From the human T2T-CHM13v2.0 reference genome, Homo sapiens, in the NCBI RefSeq assembly GCF_009914755.1, contig NC_060940.1: a stretch of 64,000 bases of DNA, one strand, 5' to 3'. The notes under the pieces are model-generated. The model was not told where the DNA came from. It did no database searches and saw only the letters and a list, made by a program, of their open reading frames with translations. Position 1 is the stretch's first letter. Every line of letters starts with the position of its first letter. This document shows positions 1-14,374 of the stretch, one piece after another. The position numbers and the translations under genes were made by a program.

Positions 1-326
1 CAAAGAAAAGAGATGAATGTGAGACACCAAGGACAGAGAAGGTGGAATGGCCCGAGTCAAGGCTGTGCAGTAATGTGATTGTCAGTTCTGAAGAAACTTC
101 AACTCTAGCACCAGACTGGGAAGGGGACAGAGAGGATGAATGAGGCCAAGCATCCAAAACAGATACTGCACCCCAAACTAGGAGGCAAAGACTCAAGGAG
201 AAATTGTGGAAAGTCCAACTTAACTATGGCAGATTTCAACTAGCTGGCATGGACCCTCTTTAAAGATTTAGGAGCTCCTTCTGAGGCACTGAGCACAGTG
301 TGGGGCAAGGATTTAAAAGCATCTCC

Positions 327-1060
327 TGGCTCTGCAGACACTGCTGCTGCACCATGGTCAATCCCACTATGTTGGGGTTGACAGTGCGGTTGATGGTGGG
401 CCCTTGTGTCTCCTTTGAGCTGTTTGCAGACAAGTTTCCAAAGACAGCAGAAAAATTTCGTGCTCTAAGCCCTGGAGAGGAAGGATTTGGTTATAAGGGT
501 TCATGCTTTCACAGAATTATTCCAGGGTTTATGTGTCAAGGTGGTGACTTCACACTCCATAATGGCACTGGTGGCAACTCCATCTATGGAGAGAAATTAG
601 ATGATGAGAACTTCATCCTAAAGCATATAGGTCCTGGCATCTGTTCCATGGCAAATACTGGACCCAGCACAAACGGTTTCTAGTTTTTCATCTGTACTGC
701 CAAGACTGAGGGGTTGGATGGCAAGCATGTGGTCTTTGACAAGGTGAAAGAAGGCATGAATATTGTGGAGGCCATGGAGTGCTTTGGGTCCAGGAATGGC
801 AAGACCAGCAAGAAGGTCACCATTGCTGACTGTGGACAAGTCTAATAAGTTTGACTTGTGTTTTATCTTAACCTCCAGACCATTCTATCTGTAGCTCAGG
901 AGAGTACCCTCCATCCCATTTGCTCGCAGTATCCTATCATCTTTGTGCGCTCGCTGCAGTTCCCTTTGGGTTCCATGTTTTCCTTGTTCCCTTCCATGCC
1001 TGGCTGGATTGCAGAGTGAAGTTTATGATTATGAAATAAAAACTAAATAACAACAACAAA
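327..1060 (+). pseudogene. Processed PPIA (cyclophilin A) pseudogene
   Basis: Intronless MVNPT...VSFELFADK...[15 protein letters not shown]...GKHVVF...TIADCGQ homology from ATG 354 to TAA 846-848. CAG>TAG stop at 681-683. PPIA-type 3'UTR, AATAAA 1035-1040, A-rich tail. TSD AAAAGCATCTCC 315-326 / AAAAGCCTCTCC 1061-1072 after a TTT/AAAA L1 endonuclease site. The specific PPIAP number cannot be assigned. Confidence 0.97.
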
Positions 1061-1490
1061 AAAAGCCTCTCCCAAAAGCAGGCTGTGTGTGTTGTGTCAT
1101 GTACATAGTGGTTTGGAGGGTGAACTGGTGGCAGCTGGTCTGGCTGGGAGGCTGTGGCAATTTTGGGGGCATGAATATAGGTAAGCCACCAACCAAAGTG
1201 GGGGTGTGGGATGGCAGAGAATAAACCCATCTCAGCCATTGACAGAAAGGAAATCAGAAATAAAGGACAAAGGGGAAGCAAGAGTCAGCAATGACCAAGG
1301 GTCTTTTAAGCTGGGAGGTCAGGAACAGGGAAGCCAGCAATGGCATTTTAGTTAGCAGGGATAGACACTGGTGTGAAAAAGTTGATGAGCTTAGATGTGA
1401 GTTTGGTTTAAAGTCATAGTAGGCCATGAAAGTGGAGCTGTCCACAGACAAGTCAAATCCTCAACCACATTCAGGTGAGAGAAGGCTGAA

Positions 1491-1540
1491 TAATTACTAC
1501 TACGACTGCTACTACTATTACTACTGCTGCTACTACAGTA
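1491..1540. repeat. Imperfect (TAC)n simple repeat at a MIR tail
   Basis: tactactacgactgctactactattactactgctgctactac. Confidence 0.7.
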
Positions 1541-1544
1541 CAAT

Positions 1545-1745
1545 ATTTCTAGAGGATTCGCTAAGTACTAGGCATTGTTCTAAGTGCTTTATGTATTAAC
1601 TGATCTAAACTTCCCAACATCACAATAGTATCCAGGTATTATTATCCCCATCTTACAGATCGCAAAAATGAGGCTCTAGAGAGATTATACTTGCCCATAG
1701 TCCCTGCTTACCATTGAATTTGATGGAAATTTGAACCCCAGGAAA
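1545..1745 (-). mobile_element. MIR SINE
   Basis: Core attattatccccatcttacagat...gaggctctagagag...acttgccc...tttgaacccc. Confidence 0.8.
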
Positions 1746-1824
1746 GTCTGATGTATAGAAGTTTTTGGAAAGGTATAATGAATAAACTCATTGAAGAATG
1801 AGCAAAATAATGCTACTAGGAAAT

Positions 1825-2050
1825 GCTTAGCATAGCATGTTTATATGTGCCAAGTACCTTGCATTTATTAACTCATTAAATCCTCATGATTACCCCTAGT
1901 GGTGATAATTGTTACTCACATTATGATACAAATGAGGGAATGAAGGCATACAGAGAGGAATACGTTGCCCAAGGTCACACGGCCAATGCATGGCAAAACC
2001 AGCTTTGAGACCTAGGCAGTTTGGCTCTCGAGTCCATGCTATGGACATTA
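1825..2050 (-). mobile_element. MIR SINE
   Basis: aactcattaaatcctca...gttgcccaaggtcacac...cctaggcagtttggctc. Confidence 0.8.
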
Positions 2051-2449
2051 GCGTCTCCACTATGCTGGGAAAGACCAGAACCCTACAACCCCCGCTTTAT
2101 TCCTGCATGTCTGTGAATCCTTCGTCCTTGGGCAGAGGATGAGGCATCCACAGAAAGGCAGCAGTAAAGGAACCACCACGGCCATCTGACAGGTCATTAG
2201 TGTCAGCTGCTGCTGACAAGCCAGGAAGTCCATAGAGAAACAGCCTTTGGGTTTGGCCCAGGCTCATTGTTGACCTTTCAGAAAGCAGTGTCAGTAGAAA
2301 GATGGGGGCAGAAGTCTGAATGCAGAGGTTGGTGAAGGGAAGGTGCAGGGAGGACAGGCCAACAGCCAGCACAAGCCTCCCACCTGGCACTGAACAGGAC
2401 AAATGCCCGGAACCCAGCCAGGAGGAACAGAGGTCACAGGAGGGCTATT

Positions 2450-2660
2450 TAGAAAGCCAATTCGTGGTTGCCTAGGTCTGGGGGACTTGGAGAGAATGGA
2501 GAGGAACTGCTGATGGGGCATGGCATTTCTTTTTGGAGAGATAAAAATGTTCTAAAATTAATGGTAGTGATAATTTCACAACTCTGAATATGCTAAAAAA
2601 ATGGAATCATACATTTTAAGTGGGTGAATTGTATGGCATATGAATTATATATAAAGCCAA
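2450..2660 (+). mobile_element. L1MB-type LINE-1 3' UTR fragment
   Basis: gtggttgcctagg...aaaatgttctaaaatt...gggtgaattgtatggcatatgaattat. Confidence 0.8.
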
Positions 2661-3028
2661 TATAGAGATATCATATATATGCTAAGATAGATATGCTAGT
2701 ATACACGTATATTACACATGAGAAAGGGAGAGATTGAAGGGCTGTTTAATGCTGGGATCAGGAGAACTTGGGAGATGGGGAAGAGGCACAGCCTTAGAAT
2801 CTCTGGATCCCTGGCCTCAATCCTTATTAATATCCTAGCTGTGTGGCCTCAGAAAACCATCCCACCTTGTCCATTCTCCCAGTTTTCAGATGAGCAAAAT
2901 TGGGCTCCAGAAGCAATTGCTGTGTTTGCTGTAGGTCCCTACACTTCATTTTTTCCTTCCTGCGTGACTTCTTTCCCTTAAGTGGAATTTTAAATTTTTC
3001 AGTTCAACATGATCACCCCAGCCACTTG

Positions 3029-3030
<2 letters not shown>

Positions 3031-3062
<32 letters not shown>
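3031..3062. repeat. (CA)16 microsatellite
   Basis: Direct count. Confidence 0.95.
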
Positions 3063-3063
<1 letters not shown>

Positions 3064-3233
3064 TTCCGATTTCCACGCACATTCTCCCAGCTGGCCTCAT
3101 GTGTTTTCTGCAGCTCAAACTTACCAGCACTATCACGCCTCCAGGCCCTGCCATGCCCTTGCACCCAGCTCTGCTCTGAGCTGCCCAATGGACCAAAGAA
3201 ATTAAGGCACAGCTCTGCCTCAGTGTATCCATC

Positions 3234-3674
3234 TGTGACAGGCTGAATAATGGCCCCCTAAAGATGTCCACATCCTAATCCCTAGAATAACATGTTACCT
3301 CATATGGCAAAAGGGACCTTGCAGGTGTGACTAAATGAAAGACTCTGAGACAAGGAGAATACCCTGGATCATGAAGATGGATCCAATACAATCACAAGGG
3401 CCTATGTAAGAGAGAGGCAGGAGGGTTGGAGTCAGAGGAGCAGATGCGATGGCAGAAGCAGAGGAAGAAGGGTGATGTGATACTGGGAATGGGAAGAGCC
3501 TGTAGAAGCCAGAAAAGGCACAAAAATTAAGGAGCCAGCCCTGCTGACACCTTGATGTTAGCCCTAAAGAGACAATTTCAGGCTTCTGATTTGCAGAACT
3601 GTAAGAGAATAAATTTTTGTAGTTTTACGTAAATTTGAGTTAATTTATTGTAGCAACAACTGGAAACTAATACA
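3234..3674 (+). mobile_element. MLT1D-like MaLR solo LTR
   Basis: TG...ggctgaataatggccccctaaagatgtccacatcctaatcc...ggaaactaataCA. Confidence 0.85.
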
Positions 3675-3684
3675 TACCACTAAT

Positions 3685-3990
3685 GCCACTCAACAAATGC
3701 TTACAGAGTGCCTGCCTGCTGCGCGCCAAGCACCGGGCCAGGCTTTGCAAACACAGTTGCAAGTGAGAAAGCCTGGGCCTATGCTTAGGGGCAGCCAGGA
3801 TGGTGGAAGTGAACAGTCAGACAATTATATAAGCAGGAAACGAAGCCTGGAGGAAGAGAGCCGGGCAGGGGTGAGACCCAGGCCTGTGCCACAGCCTGGG
3901 CAAAGGCCTGGAAGTTGGAGAGAAAGATGGAGGTTGGCACATTCAAGGACAGAAGAAAGGTTCATCAGGCTGAGCACAGAGTGATGGGGA
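3685..3990 (-). mobile_element. L2 3' fragment (diverged)
   Basis: caacaaatgcttacagagtgcct...caaaggcctgga. Confidence 0.5.
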
Positions 3991-4324
3991 GGCTGACCTT
4001 GAATGGAGGGGAGAGGAAACGGGATAGGAGGAATTCCCGCCAACCGCCGGAATATACCCATCCCTCTGGCCTTACTGGACCACTGTGATTTTCAGAAACC
4101 TGAGACTCTGCACCTCCCTGCCTTTGTTCCAGTTGTTAACTTGGCCTGCATGCCCTTCCCTCATCCTTGTCCTCCTGCAAAATTCCTGGTCACCTTTTAA
4201 GACTCAGCCCTGGTGTCGACTCTTCCGTAAAACCATTCCTCCCTCTTGCCATTATCCCAACCCTGAGTTAGGAGGTACTGCTTTTAGATCCCATGGGCTT
4301 GCCTCCCTCATTGACATGTGCATG

Positions 4325-4462
4325 GGCAATTTCCTGTGAAAAATGGAGAGAATAACGCTACCTTCCTTCGGTTTCTATTTAGAGGGATTAAATGACCTAA
4401 TGTACAAAAGGTACTTAGCTTAATGACTGACAGAGAGTAAGTGCTCAACATTAGCTGTCATT
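4325..4462 (+). mobile_element. MIR fragment
   Basis: aaatggagagaataa...ggattaaatga...gtaagtgctcaacattagct. Confidence 0.7.
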
Positions 4463-5398
4463 ACAGGGCATTGCAAATGCATTTCCCCCAGAGAGTGGAG
4501 ATATTTGAGGTCAGGGACTCTTGGCAAAGTGCCAAGGGAGGAGAACACAGGATATGCCCTGCGAAAGATTTCTGGGGCCTCAGGGCATGCATTTTCATCA
4601 GCCTGGTGCAGCATCTCCCATCAAGGTTCTAAGCAGACAACTTCATCTACACCAGGAGACCAGCGTGTTGCAGAATTAGGCTTATTCACAGCTCAGCACT
4701 CCTTGTTAGGAGTCTGGGAGCTCAGCTCTGAATACATTCCTGTTACAAAGAAAATGCTCGTCCTTGCCTTTACGCCTGTCATTCAGATGAAAATACTTCA
4801 CAAAACTGGATTTCCTTGTGAGCCAGGGACAGAGTCAACTCACACTGCCCTTGGCTGTGTTTTAAAAGACACAGACCAGGATTCTGCTGTTTCCAAAGAC
4901 TGGAAAGTTTCTATTTGCCTTTGAGGTTGATGGAGAAATTACTTAATATATCTTATTTGCAGAAAGGCAACAGAGGACCAGTTTCAAGATTTTTCCAAGA
5001 TATCTGTACTGATATGTTAATCACAGATTCTTTATTTGCTAGACTAAGTAGATAACTGTGCTGCAGACCAAGATTCTTGAATCTTGGGACGTACATTTAA
5101 ATCAGATAATGCATGAGTAAAAGGTCACATCCTGGCAGATAAACATGCTGTGGATATTACCACTACCCCCACCTCTGGAATCCACACTTCGGTCTGAGCA
5201 TCAGTTTCCTCCATTAGAAATGGGGATACTACCATGTTCCTTGTTATTGCATAGGATTTATGATTATTGTGCAATCAACTGAGTCCATATGTGGTGAACT
5301 CTTGTACACTGTAAACCACTCTGCTGACACGAGGCATATTATAATGTGCAGAAGCAGGTCTGATTGGATGGGGGCAAATTCTTGGTCCAAAAAACTGG

Positions 5399-5707
<309 letters not shown>

Positions 5708-5829
5708 CAAACTGGGTTTCTTAACCCTTCCACTTCCTAGTGGTTTGTCCTGTAGCACTTCATTTTTCTCTTCCTCCTTTTCCTCCCCTATAAAATAGGA
5801 ACAGCTGACTTTATTTCCCAAAACAGTTG

Positions 5830-6288
5830 TGTATGAGTTTGCTAGGGCTGTTGTAACAAAGTACCACAAGCCAAGGCGCTTACACAACAGAAATGTGTTG
5901 TCTCAGCGTTCTGGAGGCTGGAAGTGTAAAGATCAAAGTGTCTGCAGGGTCTGTTCCTTCTGAGGGTCATGAAGGAATCTGTCTCATGCATCTCTCTTAG
6001 GTCTGGCAATCTTTGGCATTCTTTGGCTTATAAGCACATCACCTCTATCTCTGCCTTCATCTTCACAAGGCATTCCCTCTGTGGGCATCTATCTCCAAAA
6101 TTCCCCCACTTTATAAGAACACTAGTATTGGATTAGGGCCCACCCTACTTCAGTATAATCTCATCTTAACTAATTACATCTCCACAATCTCCATTTCTAA
6201 ATAAGGTTGCGATGGAGTTGCTGGGAGTTAGGATTTCAACATATAAATATTTGGAAAAGAGGGGAGGGACACAGTTATATCCATAACA
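5830..6288 (-). mobile_element. MLT1C-like MaLR LTR
   Basis: tgtatgagtttgctagggctgttgtaacaaagtaccacaa...ggattagggcccaccct...ccataaca. Confidence 0.85.
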
Positions 6289-6354
6289 AACTATGAGTCA
6301 CATACGATCAAAAACGGGAGATGCCTTGCAAATTATAAAGGGCTAAAGAGATAA

Positions 6355-6590
6355 AATTTTGCATGAGGGTTAAAAGGGCAAACTCCAGATTAAGTTCAAG
6401 TCTCCCCTCCTCCAGTTATAGCTGTGATTTCTTAGGAGAGTGGCTTCATTTCTTTCCTAAGCCTTGCTTTGCTATCTGTGAAATGAAGATGATAGCAGGG
6501 CCTCCTCTGTGGGGTTGCTGTGAAAATATCATGAGGCTGTGCGTGCAGGGCTTAAGGCATGCCCTGGCACCCAGTACGAGCCAGCCTCTG
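6355..6590 (+). mobile_element. MIR
   Basis: tagctgtgatttcttagg...atctgtgaaatgaagatgata...ggttgctgtga. Confidence 0.65.
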
Positions 6591-6984
6591 TTACCAGATC
6601 AGAAGGGGTGGGTTGGGTGGGGCCCTGCCTTTCCATCACCTTGCAGTCAAACCTCCCAGAGCTGGTTTCCTCCCTGATGTGCTACTGCTGTGCTGCAAAC
6701 AGGCTTACCAGTGCCCTTTCCTCGTGCTTGTACTCATTTCCAAAGGCAACTGTGGGAGCTGCTTTATGGAACAGAAGCTCTGAACAGCACAAATGATAAA
6801 CACATGCTGGTGTTTGCATTCCTCTAACCCTCCAACCATCTAGTCTCTGATTACTAAACTGTTAGCTTGTTTTGGGAGGTTCTGCCAGGAAAGTGCCACG
6901 CTCCAGTTAGTCATTTAATAAACTCTAAGTGAGCAGCTGCCAGCAGAGCCATGGACAAATGACAAAGGAGCAATCATGGCTACA

Positions 6985-7215
6985 GTGTGATATCTGCCCA
7001 GAGCCAGGCACTGTGCTGAGCACTTTACATGCATTAGCTCATCTAGACTCATGGCAATCCTGTAGGGAAAGAACTATTATTGCCCCCATTTTACAGATGA
7101 GGGCACTGAGGCTTAGAGCATTAAGTGACCTGGTCAAGGTTACACAGACAAAAAGTGGTGGAGCCAAAACTCAACTCTCAGACTGGCTCTCTCCTGAAGC
7201 TGTGCTTGTCACCAA
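6985..7215 (-). mobile_element. MIR (well preserved)
   Basis: gccaggcactgtgctgagcactttaca...cccattttacagatgagggcactgaggcttagag...caaggttacacag. Confidence 0.9.
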
Positions 7216-8344
7216 GGCCTCAACCCCCTCCAGGAGCGGCGATGACTTTGTCCTGAGCTCTTCAACCTGGTTGCCCCGTCAGGCATCCTGATTTGCAGTG
7301 GAGAGATTGGCTTGAACACCCTGGTTCATCAGTTCCTACCTTCTGTGATTAGACAGGTGACACTGCATCTCAAACCTTTCTGCATCTGTAACCCTTGCTC
7401 TTCCTGCCTGTTTCAAAGTCTATTGCAAGCAGTGTGTAAGCTGTAAACTGCATGCTGTGTATGGAAATGCCACAGAGTGGGTGCTTGATACAACTTGAGC
7501 TTGCTTCTTCCTTTCTACTTCCCTTCCAAAATGTGTGTCATTTTCATAGCTTCCCTAGCACATTCACATGTGTTATCATTCAGTGAGTTTGCTCAACAGA
7601 CACCAACTGAGTGAGGATGGGGATGTGGTGATTGAGCTCTGTTCCCATGACCAGGAGCTGAAAACCACGTGATGCTCACCCAACCTTTCCAGGGTTGATA
7701 AGAAGACCTAGATGCGGAGAGCGGATGTGTTCTCCAAGACACACAACTCTACTAAGTAGTAGCACAGATTCCCTTGACTTTAAGGCCAGTACTTGAGCCT
7801 CACCATCTCCCTTTCAGCCTCACCCAAATGGCTACAAATTACCAACTAGTTAGGCTCCAATTTCATTGCATTTTTATTGTTTGGCAGTTGGACATACTCC
7901 ACATGAGCATGTTTACTTCCCAAGCTACACCGTATGCAAGGCTTTGCTGGAAGTGCAGAGGTGACAATTCAAAGAGGCTATACCTGACTCTACACCTTCT
8001 ATTTGCACAGCATTTACTTGCCTTTGTGGGGATGAAGCCCCATAGTAAAACCACAGAGATAGGCAGGACAGGTGTTATGTTCATTACACAGATATGTGTG
8101 TGTTATAAACATAGACTGAGTAAGGTAATTTGCACAAGGTAGTAGAGCTGGGAATCCAAGCCACATTCCTTATTCCGGAGATCATATGAGTATTTGTGTG
8201 TCTGCATATATCTGTGTATTTGTGAGCTTTGCTTATGTGCTTATTTTGCCCTTTCTCCCAGCATAATTTTTTCTATATAGCAATTAAAATAAGCTATATA
8301 AATATATAACTACAATATACAACATTTAGAAAATAGGAAAAAAG

Positions 8345-8686
<342 letters not shown>

Positions 8687-9073
8687 CTAAACAAAACCAT
8701 TGTTATTGTCAGACTGTACCCCATTCCTGGCTTTACTCCCATACATCTTTTCCCTCTCTGACCACCACTCCCCCCGCAACCAGTTGTCATTATAAATGCC
8801 CCAAGTCTGCTCATGAGCCTTTATGAGCAAATTAAGGGCATGTTATGATGCTTTTCTAAGCAGAGACACAGAGTCACAGCAAAATGCAAGAGGCATTTGC
8901 TTTGGGTCAGCATCATTGACAGAGCAAGGGCGAGGAAGTTCACGGTTGGCAAGCATCAAGTTCAAAAGGTGAATGAGGACTGGAATGGGAGAAGACACAG
9001 CAAGTGATAGCCAGATGGCTCCGAGGTGGGGCTGATGTTGAGATATACAAACAAGATGGTGGTAGGTGTGTGA

Positions 9074-9388
<315 letters not shown>

Positions 9389-10372
9389 CATAGTTTACCT
9401 TTTAGTTAGTATTTAATGCATTTTTTGCTGCTTTTCCTCCGTTAGTCACAGAATCATTCAAAAGAATTGTTACCTGGGTCCTATCAAGTGCCTCTTACTT
9501 AGTCTCCTATCAGAGCAGGTGGAATACATTTCTCTTTAGGCACAATGTGGTTCTAACTCCCAGGTTTGCAGGCCATCAGCACTTCCTTCTACACCCCATG
9601 GCAGACATCACTAATCAATCCCACTTGGCATCAGATCTCTCTCAGCACAACATCCCACTCCCACTCAATCAGAGAAGTTACATTAAATGAACCACTGTGG
9701 GTCACCCTCACCCCTAACCTGAAATAATCTAACCAATGTCCAGCGCAACCAAAGTGGGCAGAGCAAGAAGAGATACCAATTTCAAGAACAACTGTCAGTG
9801 GTGGTCTTATTCTTGCTGTTTCTCAGGATAATTTTCACCTCATTTATGGTTTGCCGAGGAAGTGGCTGTCTTAACAGGCATTTTAGAGAAGCTATCAGCC
9901 AGTTTTTCAGCCCAAAGTCATTCACCATTTTCCTAACTCTGATTTATTTGTGGCAGTGTTTTCACATAATATAAACACCAGTTATTTCAGGTCTTCCAAT
10001 GTGCTGCATTTTAAAAATCTAAACTTTTTGGGTTTATGTATAATTTACTAAAATTCCATTAGAAAACAAAGCATACACAGCCCTAGACATTACTGGTTGA
10101 TGAGCTCATCTTATTCCTTTCTTTATCCTTGGTTCTAATTAGCCAAAAAGGAGCAGAAGGCCATGGATGGAATAAGAAATGCATGGTAATATTCATTTCT
10201 GAGTAATTAACCTCATCTGTATATGTCAAGGGACAATAGTCAATGGGGTTTTTTATATAATTTATCACATTACCATAAAAACATTGAGTAGTTATCTTGG
10301 TAGATGCCAAGGCATTTGATGAAATTCAGCAGCTATTTTTTATTCAGTCACTAAGTATTCTTCTTAACCCAA

Positions 10373-10460
10373 TAAATGCTTTAAAATAGAATTAAAATCA
10401 AAACCAATTTAAATGCTTTAAAATAGAATTAAAATCAAAACCAATTTAAATACTTTAAAA
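10373..10460. repeat. 37-bp tandem repeat, about 2.4 copies
   Basis: taaatgctttaaaatagaattaaaatcaaaaccaatt identical at 10373-10409 and 10410-10446, plus a partial third copy. Confidence 0.9.
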
Positions 10461-10598
10461 GGGAATTTAAATGCCAAACAATATTATATTTGGTAAAACA
10501 ATGTAAGACCCTCAACAAGCTGTACAAGGATGGCCCCTACCAGAAGAAGTGCTAAAAAGAAAATAGATCAATCAATCAATCAATCAATGGAATAAAAA

Positions 10599-10930
10599 GG
10601 CCGAGCATGGTGGCTGATGCCTGTAATCCCAGCACTTTGGGAGGCCGATGGGGGGGTTGGGGGGGGGGTGTGGATCACCTGAGGTCAGGAGTTCGAGACT
10701 AGCCTGGCCAACATGGTGAAACCCCATCTCTACTAAAAATACCACAAAAACCTAGCTGGGAATGGTTGTCCACTCCTGTATTCCCAGCTACTTGGGAGGC
10801 TGAGGCAGCAGAACCACTTGAACCCGGGCGGCTGAGATTTCAGTGAGCTGAGATGGAGCCACTGCACTCCGGCCTGGGCCACAGAGGGAGACTCTGTCTG
10901 AAAAAAAAAAAAAAAAAAGAAAGAAAAAAA
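10599..10930 (+). mobile_element. AluSx-like with internal G-run expansion
   Basis: Full Alu; G7-TT-G10 at 10650-10668. Confidence 0.95.
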
Positions 10931-11554
10931 GTAACACAGGAATAAAAAGATTATACCTTACACTCTCATAGTAGATAATACTTTTAATGTGCAGCATTCC
11001 CTTTCTTAAAAATTTCCTTGAGAATAGTCCATCTTTGTTTTTAATAGACATCTCCTGGGTTTAGTCTCAGATCTCATTTAGTAAATTAGAATTCGCCAAG
11101 AAACTTATTCTTACTGAACCGGAGTTTTCTCACCTGTAAATTTGGGAGGAATTACGATAGATACAGCATATGACAAGCACACAGAAAATATGATATTCCC
11201 CCCGCTATGTAAGCTCTACCTCTGATTTGCTTTTCGTTTTTCTTTTTCATTTGGAGTCCAAGGCTTAAAAATGCATTTGCTTCTTGAAATAATTTTGGAA
11301 ATAGACTTTGCAACAGGTAGTTAGTACCTCATATAATACAGTCTTCCTGATCCTTAGTTTCTGAGGGTGAAAATTAATATACATAACACCTATAATAGAT
11401 ACTAAAAATAATAATAGCACTACTAGTTACTGAAGACTTATTCTAAGCCAAGCATTGGACTGGACCAGGGTGTACAAAAATGGAAAAATCACAGGCCCAA
11501 ATATCTTACAGAGAAATTGGGTACAACCACCCTATCTAGACTTGGAAATTCTGA

Positions 11555-12016
<462 letters not shown>

Positions 12017-12253
12017 TAACCCAAAAGGAATAACCATATTCCCCCATCAAAAGAGAAACGCTTCTGTATTATTTTACACCACTCTATCTTATTCTTGGTG
12101 TTACTGATTTGCTTTTTTTTTTTTTTTTCCATTAAAGGCACCATTGGTGTATCCATGTGGTTTGTCTATTCTGAGGTTTCATTCATATCCTGCTTTTTTT
12201 ACAACGGCTTTTAATTTTAACATGATTTTTTGTTTATTGCTTTATTTCCATCC

Positions 12254-12616
12254 TGTATTAGTCTTTCCAGGCTGCCATAACAAAATATCAAAGACTGAGT
12301 GGCTTAAACAATAGAAATTTGCTTCTTAGTTTTGGAGACTGGGAATTTCAAGATCAAGGTGTCAGCTAATTTGGTTCCTGGTAAGGGCTGTCTCTGGCTT
12401 GTGGACAGCCACCCTCTCACTGTGTCCTCACGCGGTCCCCACTCTGTGGAGTCTCTTCTTATAAGGGCACTAATCCCATCATGGGGGCCTGCCGTTATGA
12501 CCTCATCTAATCCCTAAGTGCCTCCCAAAGCCTCCATCTCCAAATACTCTAACCATTGCATTGGGGTTCAGGGCTTAAACGTGAAATTAGGGAGAACAAT
12601 CGTTCAATCTATAACA
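12254..12616 (-). mobile_element. MLT1A-type MaLR LTR
   Basis: tgtattagtc...ggctgccataacaaaata...caagatcaaggtgtcagc...ataaca; TSD catcc/cttcc. Confidence 0.88.
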
Positions 12617-14374
12617 CTTCCTATATTCCCTAGGGAGAGATTTAGAGCATTCTTACTTTTCTAACTAATATAAGAACTTTGGGCCAAGAAATGTGCTTTA
12701 AATATTGTTTGGGCAACATATGGATTCCTTCCTTAATCCATATTTTTATGTAAGAAAAATTTTTTTTCAATTGACACATGGTTGCACTTCATTGTTTTCA
12801 TTCATTTGTAAGCCTACTTCTCTTCATTTAACACCTACTATTTACCAAGCCTGGGACAAGGCCATGAAGAGTTAGAAAATCAAAATACCTCAAGGAAAAA
12901 AACAACTGGTGGTAAAGGAGAAATGTAAACCAATGATTAAAATACAGTGTTCCACGCTCAACAAGGAGAGAGGTTCCTAGGAAATACTGGTGTCAAGTAA
13001 GAGGAATTCAAATCTGACTAATGTGGTTATGAAAGACCCTTATAAAACATCCCCTCTCTATCAATATATTGGGCATTATTTGTATGTCTCTTGTTGGCAA
13101 CCTGTAAAGAAAATTGAATGTTTTAGATGCACCAAATCTTGCAATAATTTTCCTATGGCTAAAAGAAAAATGAAAACATTACGTTTGTTGGCATGGCTTG
13201 ATTTTCTTCAAAGAAGAAAAGAATTTGAAGCAAAATCAAGAAAGAAAAAGCAGTAGCTGAGAGGAGATGCCTGAAGTTATTCTCGCTGCTGACCTCTTCT
13301 GTTTGCCGAGATTCCAACCTTACTTTTTACACTTAAAAATTTGACAGGGAGGTTTTTTCAGAAGTTCCCTGAAGGCACCTTCTGAGTGCAAACATAGAGT
13401 AGCCTCGCCACCCCTGCTGAGATCATTTTTCTGTTCAGATCCATTTTTATGTGATTGTTTTCCTGCTTCTGGTTTCCACCTAGCTGCTGTTTTTAAGTGT
13501 CCTCTGTTGTACCATTATTCACAGGTTGATGTTCCTTGTTTTATTTTCTAGGTTGGCAGCCTTCCCTGCATCATTATTCTGTTTATATCATTAGCTGCAG
13601 TGTAGGTTTGTTGTGTTACAGCATCATACGTTATTTGCTTTGCAAATATGACTCACTGTCTCTGACTTTCATCACCTGTGTTTGTGCGTCCTCTGAAGCG
13701 TTTATAAGCTTATCATAGGCCTGCAGTGTTGAGAAACATGGTTCTAAAAAATAGTCACTAAAAAGAGTCAATAGCTACTGCATCTCTCCCTGACATTCCA
13801 AGCGTTCTGTCAGATCTAGGAGGTTTACGCTTATATTTACTCCAGACTTAATTTTTTACTTTTCCTTGACTAATTTTTTTAGGTTTCTTTACTCAAACCT
13901 TCTTTGATGTTTGAGGTTCCCCTCACCATCGCTCATGAATTTTGGAAGGCCTTGGCTCACATCAGGAACTCATTTCACCACTGTCCCCCCAGTAATGAGT
14001 GTTGAATTAATGGTTCTTCCCAGATGTGCTTAAAAGTTCTTTAAAGTACCTTCTTTATTCACTCATCAAAAAGTTTGTCACTTACTCTGTGCTAGGGGGT
14101 GTTGTAAGGTGAGGACAGCAAAGCCCCTTTGTTTTAATGTTGAGAGCCTGGAGGGAGAGAGATTTGATGTTTAAACTCATTTGATAATTACAGTGCAATG
14201 TGGAGACGGCTTTCAGAGCTCCTTTGGAAGCAAAACATCACCAGGTCTGGGGAAAACCAGGCAAAGCTTCAAAGACGATGTTGTGCTTGACCTGGTTCTC
14301 CATCACCAGCATACTTACCATTTTACACTGTGACTTGCACAATAGGACAGTCATACGATTGATGGACAGATGTC

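Larger units (their letters stand above)
10200..10985 (+). mobile_element. Ancient L1M ORF2 fragment interrupted by an Alu
   Basis: atcttggtagatgccaaggcatttgatgaaattcagc resembles the L1 ORF2 RT segment (IDAEKAFDKIQ). Confidence 0.55.

Noticed and set aside
300-683. 127-aa cyclophilin-like ORF as a functional CDS
   Set aside because: Processed copy with TSD and A-tail, a frameshifted N-terminal segment, a stop at the Q111 position and loss of W121. The track start is a non-ATG codon outside the retrocopy.
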